From NCBI GenBank assembly GCA_050010755.1, contig JBEKKK010000001.1, forward strand, positions 1,088,001-1,152,000: 64,000 nucleotides of DNA, written 5' to 3'. This DNA is from Candidatus Bathyarchaeia archaeon (GTDB taxonomy: Archaea; Thermoproteota; Bathyarchaeia; Bathyarchaeales; Bathycorpusculaceae). The position numbers and the translations under genes are program-made. The notes beneath the pieces were generated by a model. That model was given only the letters and a program-made list of their open reading frames with translations, ran no database searches and was not told where the DNA came from. Below are positions 1 through 9,731 of the stretch, one piece after another; position 1 is the stretch's first letter, and each line of letters begins with the position of its first letter.

Positions 1-615
1 GTGCGTAAAGACTACGGACTGTTTTCTCAATTTCTAGAATTGATTCGAAGCCAGATCGAATGGGGAGTGCCGCTAAGGAAGACGTTTGAGAACATTAAAC
101 AGAAAATAAGAAGCTGGTTCGTTGTAGTTAACTTCGCGATGTTAGTTGAAACCGTGGAAATTGGTGGAAACTCTGCGCAAGCTTTGGAGATACTTTCAGA
201 ATACAGCGAAAAGGAACACGAGATTCAGGTTAACAGGCGAGGCTTACTCAAACCATATGTCCTGCTCGCTTTCGTGTGGAGCGTGCTCATCGCAGTGACA
301 ACAACAATCGTTGCAATGACAACGTCCATGATTAATTCCATTGCAGGCTCCAGCCTCCTGCCCATGACTACAGTCGCAATGGGGGGCGATATGAAGATAT
401 TCTCGGTTGGAATAATTATACAATGCTGGATCTCAGGATTTTTCATTGGGAAGATTAGCGAGGGAAACTTTGCTGCTGGTTTCAAATACTCTGCGATGCT
501 GGCTATCACGGCCTTTATATCGCTCATTCTGTCACAAGCTCTCTTGGCAAGTGCTTTCGGAGTTCCAACTTCGATGTTAGAAGGAGCATGCAGATATGCC
601 TGCCAACTCTATTGA
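1..615 (+). CDS. Type II/IV secretion membrane platform protein (TadC/ArlJ/GspF-like), 5'-truncated
   Basis: T2SSF-like segment (G.PL..., LVETVEIGGNSAQALE) followed by TM helices and the C-terminal GKISEG..AAGFKY motif; precedes pilin-like genes. Confidence 0.8.
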   Translation: MRKDYGLFSQFLELIRSQIEWGVPLRKTFENIKQKIRSWFVVVNFAMLVETVEIGGNSAQALEILSEYSEKEHEIQVNRRGLLKPYVLLAFVWSVLIAVTTTIVAMTTSMINSIAGSSLLPMTTVAMGGDMKIFSVGIIIQCWISGFFIGKISEGNFAAGFKYSAMLAITAFISLILSQALLASAFGVPTSMLEGACRYACQLY

Positions 616-1639
616 CACCTTCTTTGCATGCGCTCTCATCGTCTCTGCAGTATTTGCATCAATAGCACTGCTATCAGGAACACTCACTGCGCAAACAAAC
701 AGCGTCCAAGACTCAAACCAAGCCGAATACTTCAGAGCAGTTTCTGAATCCATTCTTTGGGATGTAGGCAACCCTGCGAATTGGGGATCGGTTGGCAACG
801 AAGTGCCGCAATCATTTGGATTAGCCAAAGAAAGTTCAGTGCTCACAGATGAACTTGACATCGACAAGATTAGCAGGCTGAACCCCCAGAACTCATTTTC
901 GTTGACATACCCGAACATACTTGAAGCAGCAGGACTGACGTCAGCTCTTGGACTCTCAGCTTCTCAGCTGTTAGATATTTCGGTGAATCTTTCTGCCAAC
1001 ACCACCACAGGAGACGTTACAGAATACACCTTCAATTTCTTCGTAAGTCAACAGGGCATACCCGTGGAGACTATCTTACATTGCTATGTAGTGGCAAGAG
1101 ATTTTGACGCGGACGCCTACGCCAACACTTCTACAGATGGTTTGGGCTCCGTAAATTTCGAATTGCCAAATGCGTCTAACGGAACAGCCTTGCTTGTCAC
1201 GTTTGCAAGAGCTATCGCCGACCCAAGAATAACTGCCTACCAAACCTACAGGTTTCAACATTTATCCTCAGAAAACCAGTCAGACAACACATTTCTGACC
1301 TTGACACCATTAAACTACACCTTATACATAGCTCAAAACCAGCCCGATATTTCTATCCAGAATAGTCTTGCTTTTTCATACGGATACCAAATAAATCTCA
1401 CTGCGATTTCAAATTCGACATACACGATTCCAACGATTTCAGACTCCAGCCCCATCGTACTCGTGACGCGTGGTTCAAACAGTTCAACATTTTTCATAGA
1501 ATGGACAAGCTATCCTGAAATACCCTTTTACACAGGTGCAGACTTTCAGAATTCTGAAGTCCAAGAGTTCACTTACTTAGTGAGCGTAAACGGTTTTCTT
1601 TGTAGGTTCACGTTTCAGTTTGGAGGGCTTAACCCGTGA
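596..1639 (+). CDS. Pilus-associated secreted protein (minor pilin/adhesin-like)
   Basis: N-terminal hydrophobic helix, G.P.NW...FGLA motif, many N-x-S/T sequons, overlaps the platform gene. Confidence 0.6.
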   Translation: MPANSIDTFFACALIVSAVFASIALLSGTLTAQTNSVQDSNQAEYFRAVSESILWDVGNPANWGSVGNEVPQSFGLAKESSVLTDELDIDKISRLNPQNSFSLTYPNILEAAGLTSALGLSASQLLDISVNLSANTTTGDVTEYTFNFFVSQQGIPVETILHCYVVARDFDADAYANTSTDGLGSVNFELPNASNGTALLVTFARAIADPRITAYQTYRFQHLSSENQSDNTFLTLTPLNYTLYIAQNQPDISIQNSLAFSYGYQINLTAISNSTYTIPTISDSSPIVLVTRGSNSSTFFIEWTSYPEIPFYTGADFQNSEVQEFTYLVSVNGFLCRFTFQFGGLNP

Positions 1640-2058
1640 AACATCCAAATCGGAACAGGGGACAAATTCGCATTATCGAAGCCTTCTTTGCCTCGGTATT
1701 AATGCTTTCTACTATCGCACTCATTCCTTCGCAAACGATTGTTGGAAGCTCAAACGATCAATTTCTATATTCAATGGCAAGAAATGTTTTGCCAACATTA
1801 GACAACGACGGCTCCCTCTCCAAACTTATAGAGAGCCAAGACTGGGCAACGCTCAGAACGCAAATATCATTAACGTTGCCTTCCTCTGTATGGTTCAATC
1901 TCACAATTTTCGATGAAAACATGGACCCGATAAGCCAGGCTCTGATATCCCGTGGAACTCCTAACGGAAGAATAGTAGCGACGGATTATGTCTGCGTAGG
2001 TCAAGTAGGGAACTTCAACATGTACATAGTCCGTTTGCAACTCTCGACTGTGGGATGA
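1636..2058 (+). CDS. Archaeal type IV pilin-like protein
   Basis: Class III signal peptide NRNRG/QIRIIEAFFASVLML; 4-bp overlap with upstream gene. Confidence 0.75.
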   Translation: MKHPNRNRGQIRIIEAFFASVLMLSTIALIPSQTIVGSSNDQFLYSMARNVLPTLDNDGSLSKLIESQDWATLRTQISLTLPSSVWFNLTIFDENMDPISQALISRGTPNGRIVATDYVCVGQVGNFNMYIVRLQLSTVG

Positions 2059-2059
2059 C

Positions 2060-2845
2060 ATGAAAACAAGATGTTTGGGCCGGAACAATTCTGGACAAGC
2101 ATTGATTATCACTTCTTTAATCATTGCCATGTTGATGATTTCGACAGCTTACTATGTTCTAGAAATCAACAAGGCCGCCACGATGGATCAAGCTCCGCTC
2201 GACTCCACTTTCCTGATGACGAGGCCAAGCGTCGTAAACACATTGATAAATTCGTTAGCAAGCATATCAAACGATTCGTTAGCAAATATATCAAACGGAG
2301 GAGACAGCGAAGTTTTAGATGCCAACTTGAAGGAATTAGCGCAAGCAATCCAAAATTCCTCGTATGGAGGGCAATGCGAGTTCGTGATAACGCCCTTAAA
2401 CTCAACCACCTATAAAAATGGTGTGCTTATTTCTTGGGGAGACAATGGCTCAGGAATTTCAAGTGTTTACGCGAGCGTTGCGCTCAACTTCTCAGATCCT
2501 AACGAAATGTATAGCTCAGAATATGAAGTGAATGTTACTACAGCCATCACCGCAGAGGGATTCTGCACGGCAAATGGCACACAAGAAAGCGTGAACGTGA
2601 TCTGCCAATTGTACAACGAAAACGATGCTGCGTTAGCTAATAACTTCACAATATTCTATCAAGAACCTGGCGGAAACTGGACTCCCGCTGATTCGACGAC
2701 CGCACTGAACATTAACGACTACGGTAATGGAACCTACCTGATATCATTTGACGCACTTGCGCAGGGCGCACTACAAGTCTCTGTAGGCGCCCACGACCTT
2801 CGCAACATATTTGTGATGGCTAACACAACATGCCTCGAAAACTGA
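2060..2845 (+). CDS. Archaeal type IV pilin-like protein
   Basis: Class III-like signal RNNSG/QALIITSLIIAML; glycosylation sequons; operonic. Confidence 0.7.
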   Translation: MKTRCLGRNNSGQALIITSLIIAMLMISTAYYVLEINKAATMDQAPLDSTFLMTRPSVVNTLINSLASISNDSLANISNGGDSEVLDANLKELAQAIQNSSYGGQCEFVITPLNSTTYKNGVLISWGDNGSGISSVYASVALNFSDPNEMYSSEYEVNVTTAITAEGFCTANGTQESVNVICQLYNENDAALANNFTIFYQEPGGNWTPADSTTALNINDYGNGTYLISFDALAQGALQVSVGAHDLRNIFVMANTTCLEN

Positions 2846-3048
2846 ACCCACTGAGACATGCTTTCTCGAATAACCAAGAATAATGGCGATCCAGAAGCGC
2901 CGAAAAATTCCCTTCGCAGTTACAACGCAGGAAATCGCTAAGACGATGTTACTTTCAGACGCATTTTATTCTTCGACGTTGATCATCGTGAAACTTTAGA
3001 GAAAGAGTAAGATTAGTTCTAAGCTTCTAAAGTCTGGGAGTTCTGCGC

Positions 3049-3978
3049 CTAAGTTTTTACGTATATTTGTTGGAACGTTCTTCCCATCTCGTTGAGCTTG
3101 GAGAAAAGCATCCGCAAAGCTTGGACGAACGCTGTGTAATTAGTCCAAAGAATCACAACTTTAGATCGGCTCTTGCTATCTTGGTCGTTCTTTTCGTCTC
3201 TTTGAGCGTTTATCAATAGTTCTTTCCCGTCGGAGACCATGAAGAATGGTATGTTTGTAACTTCTACGATTCGGTACTTGCGAATTGCCCATGGCATTTG
3301 CTCTAGGAAGAACTTGCTTTTCAATGAATTGTCTGTCAAAATTGTTACGTTTAGTTTGTTTGAATGCTTTTGGAGGTTGTCTAAGAAATCGCTATTATAC
3401 AGCTGTCCCATAGAATCGCTTGGGGCAAACAATAGCAGTTCCTTCGTCGTGCGGTTCAAGATTTCATTGGCTTTCAGTGTCATTTGTTGGTCGCCTTCAA
3501 GTATCTGAAAGATCTCCTTACCAACGATCTCAGGTTCAGGTTTGGGTATGGACATCCAAAGGCTGACTAGACTCGGTTTCTCTTTTTCTAGATCCTTGAT
3601 TTTCATTTTTTGTGCTTCTATTAACATGTCCATCGCTTTTTCAAGAGGAACTGCCCTGAATTTGATGGGTTTTTCGAATGCAGAAAACACGATGCCCTTT
3701 TTCTCTAAGGCACGTAACACCCGGTAAGTTTCAGTCCTGTGGAGGGATATCGCCTCTGCAATTTGAGCGGCCTTCTTTTCTCCCACTCTTGCGAGATGAA
3801 GGTAAACCCTGACTTCGTTTTTCAAAAGCCCAAGCCTTGAGAGGTTCTCTTCGATCGCGAGCATTTGCCTGTTTAGGCCCTTGTCATTCTTTACAAATTT
3901 CCAAGACTTGTTCGCATCATCGTACACTCTTACCAGTTGATCAATTTCTTCCAAAGACGATTGCATCGCAGACTTCAA
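3049..3978 (-). CDS. TrmB family transcriptional regulator
   Basis: LGLLKNEVRVY...I.RTETYRVLRALEKKG wHTH plus C-terminal PLD-like effector domain (FMVSDGKE, WTN). Confidence 0.85.
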   Translation of the reverse strand: MKSAMQSSLEEIDQLVRVYDDANKSWKFVKNDKGLNRQMLAIEENLSRLGLLKNEVRVYLHLARVGEKKAAQIAEAISLHRTETYRVLRALEKKGIVFSAFEKPIKFRAVPLEKAMDMLIEAQKMKIKDLEKEKPSLVSLWMSIPKPEPEIVGKEIFQILEGDQQMTLKANEILNRTTKELLLFAPSDSMGQLYNSDFLDNLQKHSNKLNVTILTDNSLKSKFFLEQMPWAIRKYRIVEVTNIPFFMVSDGKELLINAQRDEKNDQDSKSRSKVVILWTNYTAFVQALRMLFSKLNEMGRTFQQIYVKT

Positions 3979-4099
3979 CCCCTAAATAGCTTTGCCGAAT
4001 TCGAAGGCCCAATTCTGATGTTGCGTATACTTTATGCTTATGAAAACTCAATCTGAATTCTGAATCCATTTTCATTTACATGGGTGACTCATTCACGGT

Positions 4100-5812
4100 T
4101 TACGTTTCAAGCATTGCTGCAGAGGCTTTCAAGTAAATGGCGGAAAATCTCTTTATCAAATCTTTCTGGCTGTAAACTGGAGTGCTTATCTTGAAGAAGT
4201 TTTTCATTCTGTCAGTTTCTACACCGATGCCTATTACTATAATGCCTTTGCGTTGTAATGAATTCACGGCTTCTGATACCGCTGCGTCGATGTCTTCATA
4301 TCCATAGGGCCAACCGTCGGAAATGACCACCAGAAACCTTTGCTCATCATACCGTTTGGAAAGAAAATCGCCTGTAACACGAATTGCGTCTGGCAGGTAA
4401 GTCAGGCCGCCAAATTGTAATCCTCCCAGTCTTGCACGCACTTTGTTAGAATATCGTTCAGAAGAGTCTTTTAGAACCCAGAAACTATCATTAAAGGCAA
4501 AGAAAGCCCATGATCCTGAGTCCATGAGCAACTCTTTTGTCGCCTCGGCAACGCATATTGCCAAAGCTCTGGCGAATTCACCTTTCAGCTTCATGCTTTC
4601 GCTAGCATCGAATAAGATCCCCCATGCAAAGCTTCGGCTCAAGTACTCGTCGCGCATAAATACGTCTGTTCCTGGCTTCTGGCTGGCAATCGCGTTGATG
4701 ACAGCAGATAGATCTAGCTGACCAAATTCCTTTCCTGGATCTTCGTCCAGCGCATCTTGGGCCACTCTCAGACTGTCTAAGAGGCGCCGGCTTCCTCCAG
4801 AAATAAGGGATCTTGCATTCAAATACTGCGAGTAGTCCTCCTGGGGAAAGGAAATTGACCTGAACTTAGTTGATTTAGCGCACTCCTTCAGTTTTGCCAG
4901 AATTCCATCTTCGCGAGTTTTTTGTTGAAGCCACGTATCGAATGCTTGTGCTGCCTCTGCATCAATGCGCTTGTCCCAACACGATTCCAAAGACTCTCGA
5001 CTAGGAAGTTTGCCAGTTAACGTTTCTAAGGACTTCCAAAAAATCTCTTGTATCTGAGGCTCTGGTGGAACGTTCAGTTCAGCAAATAGATTGCAAGGAC
5101 CAATCCATTCAGTGTACGGGAAAGAGGGTGCTTCAACGACAGGTCCAAATTGACCTATTATTTGAATCAAATCTTTGACTGAATCTTCTAAGACTTTGCC
5201 ATCCATTTCAGCAATCGGAGTCGACGATAAACGCTTTCTGAGCAAATCTAGGCTGAGAAACGCCTTCTCCGCCAATTCCCCTTCTTCAGTCGGAATTGCC
5301 CCTTTGACCATTCCCGTGTTGGCTTTAGTCAGCACAACTGACATCAACCGGGTAGCAGGGTTGAGAATCCTTTCTGCAGATTTTATTGTTGTATACGCGA
5401 GAGAATTGGCGAAGGCAATGTCAAATACCCTTTCAGGGTGTTCGCTGGAAATGTAGTTGGAAACGTAAACATCCTCAACTAAAGATCGAGTAAAGTTCTC
5501 CATCGACGCATGCGCAGGAATTTTGCTGCATCTTCCCCTGTAGTTCGGTATCAGTGTATGGGCAGTCAGGTGGTAAACACATGCTCTGAAGAGCCTTCCG
5601 ATGTAAACTTTCCCAGAAGAGTCGGGCAAGATTTTGAGGCCAAGGAACGATGCGAGGCCATCAGCTGAAATGAACGGTTCTGGGATTGTGATAGTGTATC
5701 GCTCGCCGTCTAGCGCTATAGTTGGTTGGCGAAGCTTTTGGTTGAAGATAACTCTTGTTCTCAGCTTGTCTTTGTTAAGTGAAAGAGCCAATGCGTAGTC
5801 TAAGAGGCCCAT
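4100..5812 (-). CDS. VWA-domain protein (NorD/CbbO-like partner of a MoxR ATPase)
   Basis: C-terminal MIDAS DASES, GGLTY, VISDG; directly downstream of the MoxR AAA gene. Confidence 0.85.
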   Translation of the reverse strand: MGLLDYALALSLNKDKLRTRVIFNQKLRQPTIALDGERYTITIPEPFISADGLASFLGLKILPDSSGKVYIGRLFRACVYHLTAHTLIPNYRGRCSKIPAHASMENFTRSLVEDVYVSNYISSEHPERVFDIAFANSLAYTTIKSAERILNPATRLMSVVLTKANTGMVKGAIPTEEGELAEKAFLSLDLLRKRLSSTPIAEMDGKVLEDSVKDLIQIIGQFGPVVEAPSFPYTEWIGPCNLFAELNVPPEPQIQEIFWKSLETLTGKLPSRESLESCWDKRIDAEAAQAFDTWLQQKTREDGILAKLKECAKSTKFRSISFPQEDYSQYLNARSLISGGSRRLLDSLRVAQDALDEDPGKEFGQLDLSAVINAIASQKPGTDVFMRDEYLSRSFAWGILFDASESMKLKGEFARALAICVAEATKELLMDSGSWAFFAFNDSFWVLKDSSERYSNKVRARLGGLQFGGLTYLPDAIRVTGDFLSKRYDEQRFLVVISDGWPYGYEDIDAAVSEAVNSLQRKGIIVIGIGVETDRMKNFFKISTPVYSQKDLIKRFSAIYLKASAAMLET

Positions 5813-5842
5813 TGGGATTCCTCAGCTGTAGGATTTTGGCAA

Positions 5843-6883
5843 TCATTTGGGTCTGGGAAAAACAGATTCAATGATTCTTCGAATATCATCTTGAACCTCG
5901 ACATTGTCGCTTGTTACCGCCACGATGGTTTCATCTGCTGCGGCGTTAGCGCTATTTCCATCATGAATCAATGTGCCCCAGTTTATCAGGTCACCGAGTG
6001 AAGGCCCATATGGAATATCGCCTGCCTTATATTGCCGGCGAAGCTCAGCCCCGACACGAATTATTTTATAGGCGGTGTCTTGGTCAACCTTTGTGCGTTT
6101 AGTGAGCATGTTCACCTCATCTTGGGAAATCTGTTCCCCCACACTGGTATAATCAAAGTTTATCCAGACAGCCATGCGTCTCCTCATCGCCGCGTTAAGG
6201 GGCTTTGTTCCCGCGAATTCTGCTGAATAAGGGTTCATACTAATTATGAGATATCCAAAAGGATGTCTTTCGACAACTTCGTTGTCCTTCTCGTTAAGCA
6301 CAAGGTGGCCACGTGTGTCAAGAACGGGATTCAACCTAGTAGCGACATCCTGTTTCATCATGTTTGCCTCATCAAGATACATTATCCCCCCCAATCTCAA
6401 CCACCTGGTCAACAACCCGTCAATCCAGTTTTCCTTTCCAAGTCCAATGAAGCGTCCTATCAAATCGTAGGATGATGTCTGTAAGCCGCAGTTTACCTCC
6501 CAAACTGGTAAGCCGCAGAGCTCCGCGACAAGGTAAACTATGTGTGTTTTGCCAGTGCCCGAGGGGCCAATCAGTGAACACTGTTTGAAATAGTACATGG
6601 CCCGAGTGATTCTTTCAACATAATGCTGTCCACTGTCGATGTACTCCGGCGTGTTTTTGGGAATCATGTCATCGAGATGCGCGAAGCTGTAGTTGGGATG
6701 TAGGTCATACCGCTGAATATCATACTTGTTATAAAGGGGTGATTGTGACATGGGCCTGTCCTTATTAACGGACACGGTTATCTTGGAATTTCCGCGCCGA
6801 ACTGAAGAAATTACCTCGATCCGGCTGGAATCCTTTTTATCTTTCACTCCCTGATGTCCATAACTCAAGACCGTGTCCTCCAA
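5843..6883 (-). CDS. MoxR-type AAA+ ATPase (CbbQ/NirQ/NorQ/GvpN-like)
   Basis: Walker A GPSGTGKT, Walker B YLDEAN, SMNP..AGTKPLNAAMRRR. Confidence 0.9.
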   Translation of the reverse strand: MEDTVLSYGHQGVKDKKDSSRIEVISSVRRGNSKITVSVNKDRPMSQSPLYNKYDIQRYDLHPNYSFAHLDDMIPKNTPEYIDSGQHYVERITRAMYYFKQCSLIGPSGTGKTHIVYLVAELCGLPVWEVNCGLQTSSYDLIGRFIGLGKENWIDGLLTRWLRLGGIMYLDEANMMKQDVATRLNPVLDTRGHLVLNEKDNEVVERHPFGYLIISMNPYSAEFAGTKPLNAAMRRRMAVWINFDYTSVGEQISQDEVNMLTKRTKVDQDTAYKIIRVGAELRRQYKAGDIPYGPSLGDLINWGTLIHDGNSANAAADETIVAVTSDNVEVQDDIRRIIESVFPRPK

Positions 6884-6926
6884 GCTAAATATATGGGAGA
6901 CGGGACAAAATATAAATATTATGTAT

Positions 6927-6947
6927 TACGATACACTACGTATCGTA
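6927..6947. promoter_or_regulatory. Candidate operator, perfect inverted repeat
   Basis: TACGATAC-N5-GTATCGTA next to an AT-rich TATA-like tract (6909-6919) between divergent genes. Confidence 0.45.
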
Positions 6948-7090
6948 CGAATTAGGGCAGGCATCAACGACAAACTGCAAACAGCAACCAACATCAAATA
7001 CATGGCGCACCTCGCTAAATTGTGTGTGTAACAGCTCACCACATACAAGCCCTTTTCAGACACATAGGAACCAAACAAGAGTTGAGAAAG

Positions 7091-7609
7091 ATGAGCACCG
7101 AGACCGTTTCCCCAGCGGAAAACGAGCAGATTTCAGCGAGAGAAACCTCAAAACCGAGTCGACAAGCTAAAACGGCCATTCAGGAAATCCTTGATTCATT
7201 GAAAAGTGCTCAAGACGATATCGGACAGATTTCTGAATTGAGTTCTGAAGAAAAAACTCTGGTGGCTGAGTTCTTCACTTCATTGTCTCAGGTGATGGCG
7301 CCTGTCGCACCCAGCATCAGGATATCCACAGAGAAGCTTTCCAAATTTTTCAGCGATGTTGTTCAAGCGAATGTGGATCAGAATGGATATCTAGTAATCT
7401 TGGACGCTGAGAGAAAGGTGGAGCTGAAGGATCTGAGAGAAGAAAAGCATCGCGATCTCATGATCAGTGTGTTGGAAGACCTACTTCCGAGATTCAAACA
7501 GCTTTTCAGTGACCAACGTCAAAAAATCGAGGAAAGAATGAAGTTCATCACGGCGGCTGCAAAGGAAGTGCAGAAAATGTCTAAGGCCCTATCTGACAAA
7601 GATGAATAA
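7091..7609 (+). CDS. Hypothetical protein with predicted coiled-coil termini
   Basis: Long ORF, charged helical composition; ATG 7091 preferred. Confidence 0.7.
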   Translation: MSTETVSPAENEQISARETSKPSRQAKTAIQEILDSLKSAQDDIGQISELSSEEKTLVAEFFTSLSQVMAPVAPSIRISTEKLSKFFSDVVQANVDQNGYLVILDAERKVELKDLREEKHRDLMISVLEDLLPRFKQLFSDQRQKIEERMKFITAAAKEVQKMSKALSDKDE

Positions 7610-7793
7610 CTTCCTCCAAGCAAGATCAGTTCGACGTTTAATCTAGGATCTTTCGAACAGAGATTATGGCTTCCATTTCTGCGCCAAGCCACAAACGACA
7701 TTTATTTGATTTAGGAAGACAGAAACTCTAACTTTCTATTTTGCAGTACCGTTTCGTACTATCCTGATTCGAAGGGGCTGACAGGTGAGCAGG

Positions 7794-7813
7794 CCCTTTT
7801 TCCCAAAAAAGGG
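7794..7813. terminator. Possible bidirectional terminator
   Basis: CCCTTTTT..AAAAAGGG inverted repeat with T tracts on both strands between convergent genes. Confidence 0.35.
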
Positions 7814-7819
7814 GTAACT

Positions 7820-8272
7820 TTAGTGGAGATTATCCAGAAGCTCTTTCGTTCTAGTTTCAAGGAAGGTCATCAGTTTCTCCTCGGTCAACTCTTCTTCTTT
7901 TGTCTGGGCTTCTAGTTTTTCGCGTATTGTCTTGATGACATCATCTGGATGTACTGGTTTCATGAAGTAGGCGTCTGCCCCTAGATTGAGTGCTTCAACT
8001 GCATTGCCTATTTGTGGGAAACCTGTCATCATTATCTTTATCATCTTGGGTGTTGATTGGGGAAATGCCTTCAACAGTTTTGTGCCTTCAATATCTGGAA
8101 GCCTAATGTCCAATAGAACTACGTTGTAATTCGACTTCTCCGACTTCTTGAGAGCCTCTTTCCCAGAATTTGCAACGTCAATGAGGAAACCTTCATCTTC
8201 CAATATCAGCCCTAATGTTTTGCAAATGCCTTCGTCGTCGTCAACTATCAATATTTTCTTCTTTCCCTTCAA
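7820..8272 (-). CDS. Response regulator receiver protein
   Basis: ILIVDDD, LLDIRLPD phospho-Asp, MMTG, YFMKP. Confidence 0.92.
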   Translation of the reverse strand: MKGKKKILIVDDDEGICKTLGLILEDEGFLIDVANSGKEALKKSEKSNYNVVLLDIRLPDIEGTKLLKAFPQSTPKMIKIMMTGFPQIGNAVEALNLGADAYFMKPVHPDDVIKTIREKLEAQTKEEELTEEKLMTFLETRTKELLDNLH

Positions 8273-8336
8273 TTCTTTTCACCCCCCGCCCGATTGGATC
8301 TTCTCAGTCTCGCATCGGTTCTCACATCGTCTAATG

Positions 8337-8798
8337 TCAAGTTCCGCGACTACTCCTAACGATTTCTTTTTTCTTGTGGTGGACTCCCCTCAATTTTTCA
8401 ACAAACTTCGACAAGACGATAGGGACCTGTTCTTCAAATTCAACCCGTAGTTTGAAACACAACACTTTGGCAATAGTTTCTTCCAGTATCGCCGCTGAAC
8501 CAAGTAACTGCCCCCTTTCCGAGCCCAACAGCTTCCTCATCTCAACAGAGAAAATGGGAAGCTTGTCCGGAAGCTCCCTTATCGGACATGACATCTTCTC
8601 CAGATAATCCAAAACAATCCGAGCATTGCGAACTCCCAAAGATTCCTGCAGCACTTCAACTATCGTCACTACCAGTAACTGGTCGAATTCTTCCAGATCA
8701 GCAAGCTCCAGCTGCATCGAGACCCTTAAGTCAGTTCTCCGACGAATCTTTTCTCCACAGCTTATATTATGGTTATGAAGTTGGAATCGTGATTGCAC
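8337..8798 (-). CDS. Hypothetical signalling-associated helical protein (DUF3227-like); true start probably downstream
   Basis: LG...RIVLDYLE....ELPDKL..F...LLG...A.ILEE.I pattern; upstream of the receiver gene. Confidence 0.55.
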   Translation of the reverse strand: MQSRFQLHNHNISCGEKIRRRTDLRVSMQLELADLEEFDQLLVVTIVEVLQESLGVRNARIVLDYLEKMSCPIRELPDKLPIFSVEMRKLLGSERGQLLGSAAILEETIAKVLCFKLRVEFEEQVPIVLSKFVEKLRGVHHKKKEIVRSSRGT

Positions 8799-9025
8799 AA
8801 CACGCTAAGGACGTTAAAATAGCGAAGCAAGTTGGGATCAAGATACTTGCGAGTGCTTGACCAGAATCAAGGCGTATGTAACAATTCCGATGTACAAATT
8901 CTCTTATCTGCCGCTCCCGTATGTCCTGACTGGATGATGTAAGATGAAGCAAGATTTCACTATGCCAATCGCATCACTCAATCACGCGTCTATTTCAAAC
9001 GCCTTTTAAGGAATGGGGATGTTCT

Positions 9026-9562
9026 GTGGGAACAGAGATTCGTACTTTTTATTCCTTGAAAGAGGTGGCCGAATACGTGGCTGGCCAAATCGACGAGTAC
9101 AAGAGCTTATACGAAGATTACAGCCAATGGCTGGGATCATTACTTCGAGACTCGGATGATCCCGGAAAATTGGCAGCCTTAAAGAGGGACATGCAGAGCT
9201 CTGCGAAAAAAAATCAAGGAACAAAACAGGCTCAAAGAAAATCCCAAGACAAATCAAAGAATGAACAAGGTTCACATTGGATAGAAGTTGGAGGAACATT
9301 GCTTTGCTCGACAGAGCAAGGAGAGGCAGAAATACTTTTCGAAGCAATTGAAGAAATAAATAGAAAAACGCAGAGCCTTGAGAAGTTCAAATCCACGCTG
9401 CAGCAAATCGAACGGATAGGACCAGGCAAGAGCGTCAACTACATAACGTACATCAAAGATGACATTCCTGATAAGATCGTAATCAAAAGTAAGATCACTG
9501 GGCAGACTGATGAAACTTTTAATTTCGCAGCCGAGTTTACAGCTCAAGGACTGGAGCACTAA
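9026..9562 (+). CDS. Hypothetical protein (coiled-coil hairpin)
   Basis: 178-aa ORF with coding-like composition. Confidence 0.7.
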   Translation: MGTEIRTFYSLKEVAEYVAGQIDEYKSLYEDYSQWLGSLLRDSDDPGKLAALKRDMQSSAKKNQGTKQAQRKSQDKSKNEQGSHWIEVGGTLLCSTEQGEAEILFEAIEEINRKTQSLEKFKSTLQQIERIGPGKSVNYITYIKDDIPDKIVIKSKITGQTDETFNFAAEFTAQGLEH

Positions 9563-9731
9563 AGACGAGCTTGAGTGTGTCGCACTGAATACGCACAAAG
9601 AAAGAAGAAAAATCTTGAGAAATTAGTTGCAGCATGCTTGAAGGAGCTTAGGGGAATCGCTTATTTGCCCAAAATACTCAGTTTCAGGCGTAACGGTTTC
9701 AATCTCGATAGATAGCCTGCACGTCGAAAGG

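Noticed and set aside
5843-6883. Gas vesicle GvpN or RuBisCO activase CbbQ call
   Set aside because: No gvpA, cbbL or nor genes nearby; only family-level assignment is supportable.
9026-9562. Arcadin/crenactin-cluster component
   Set aside because: Only a vague resemblance, and no actin-like gene is present in the window.
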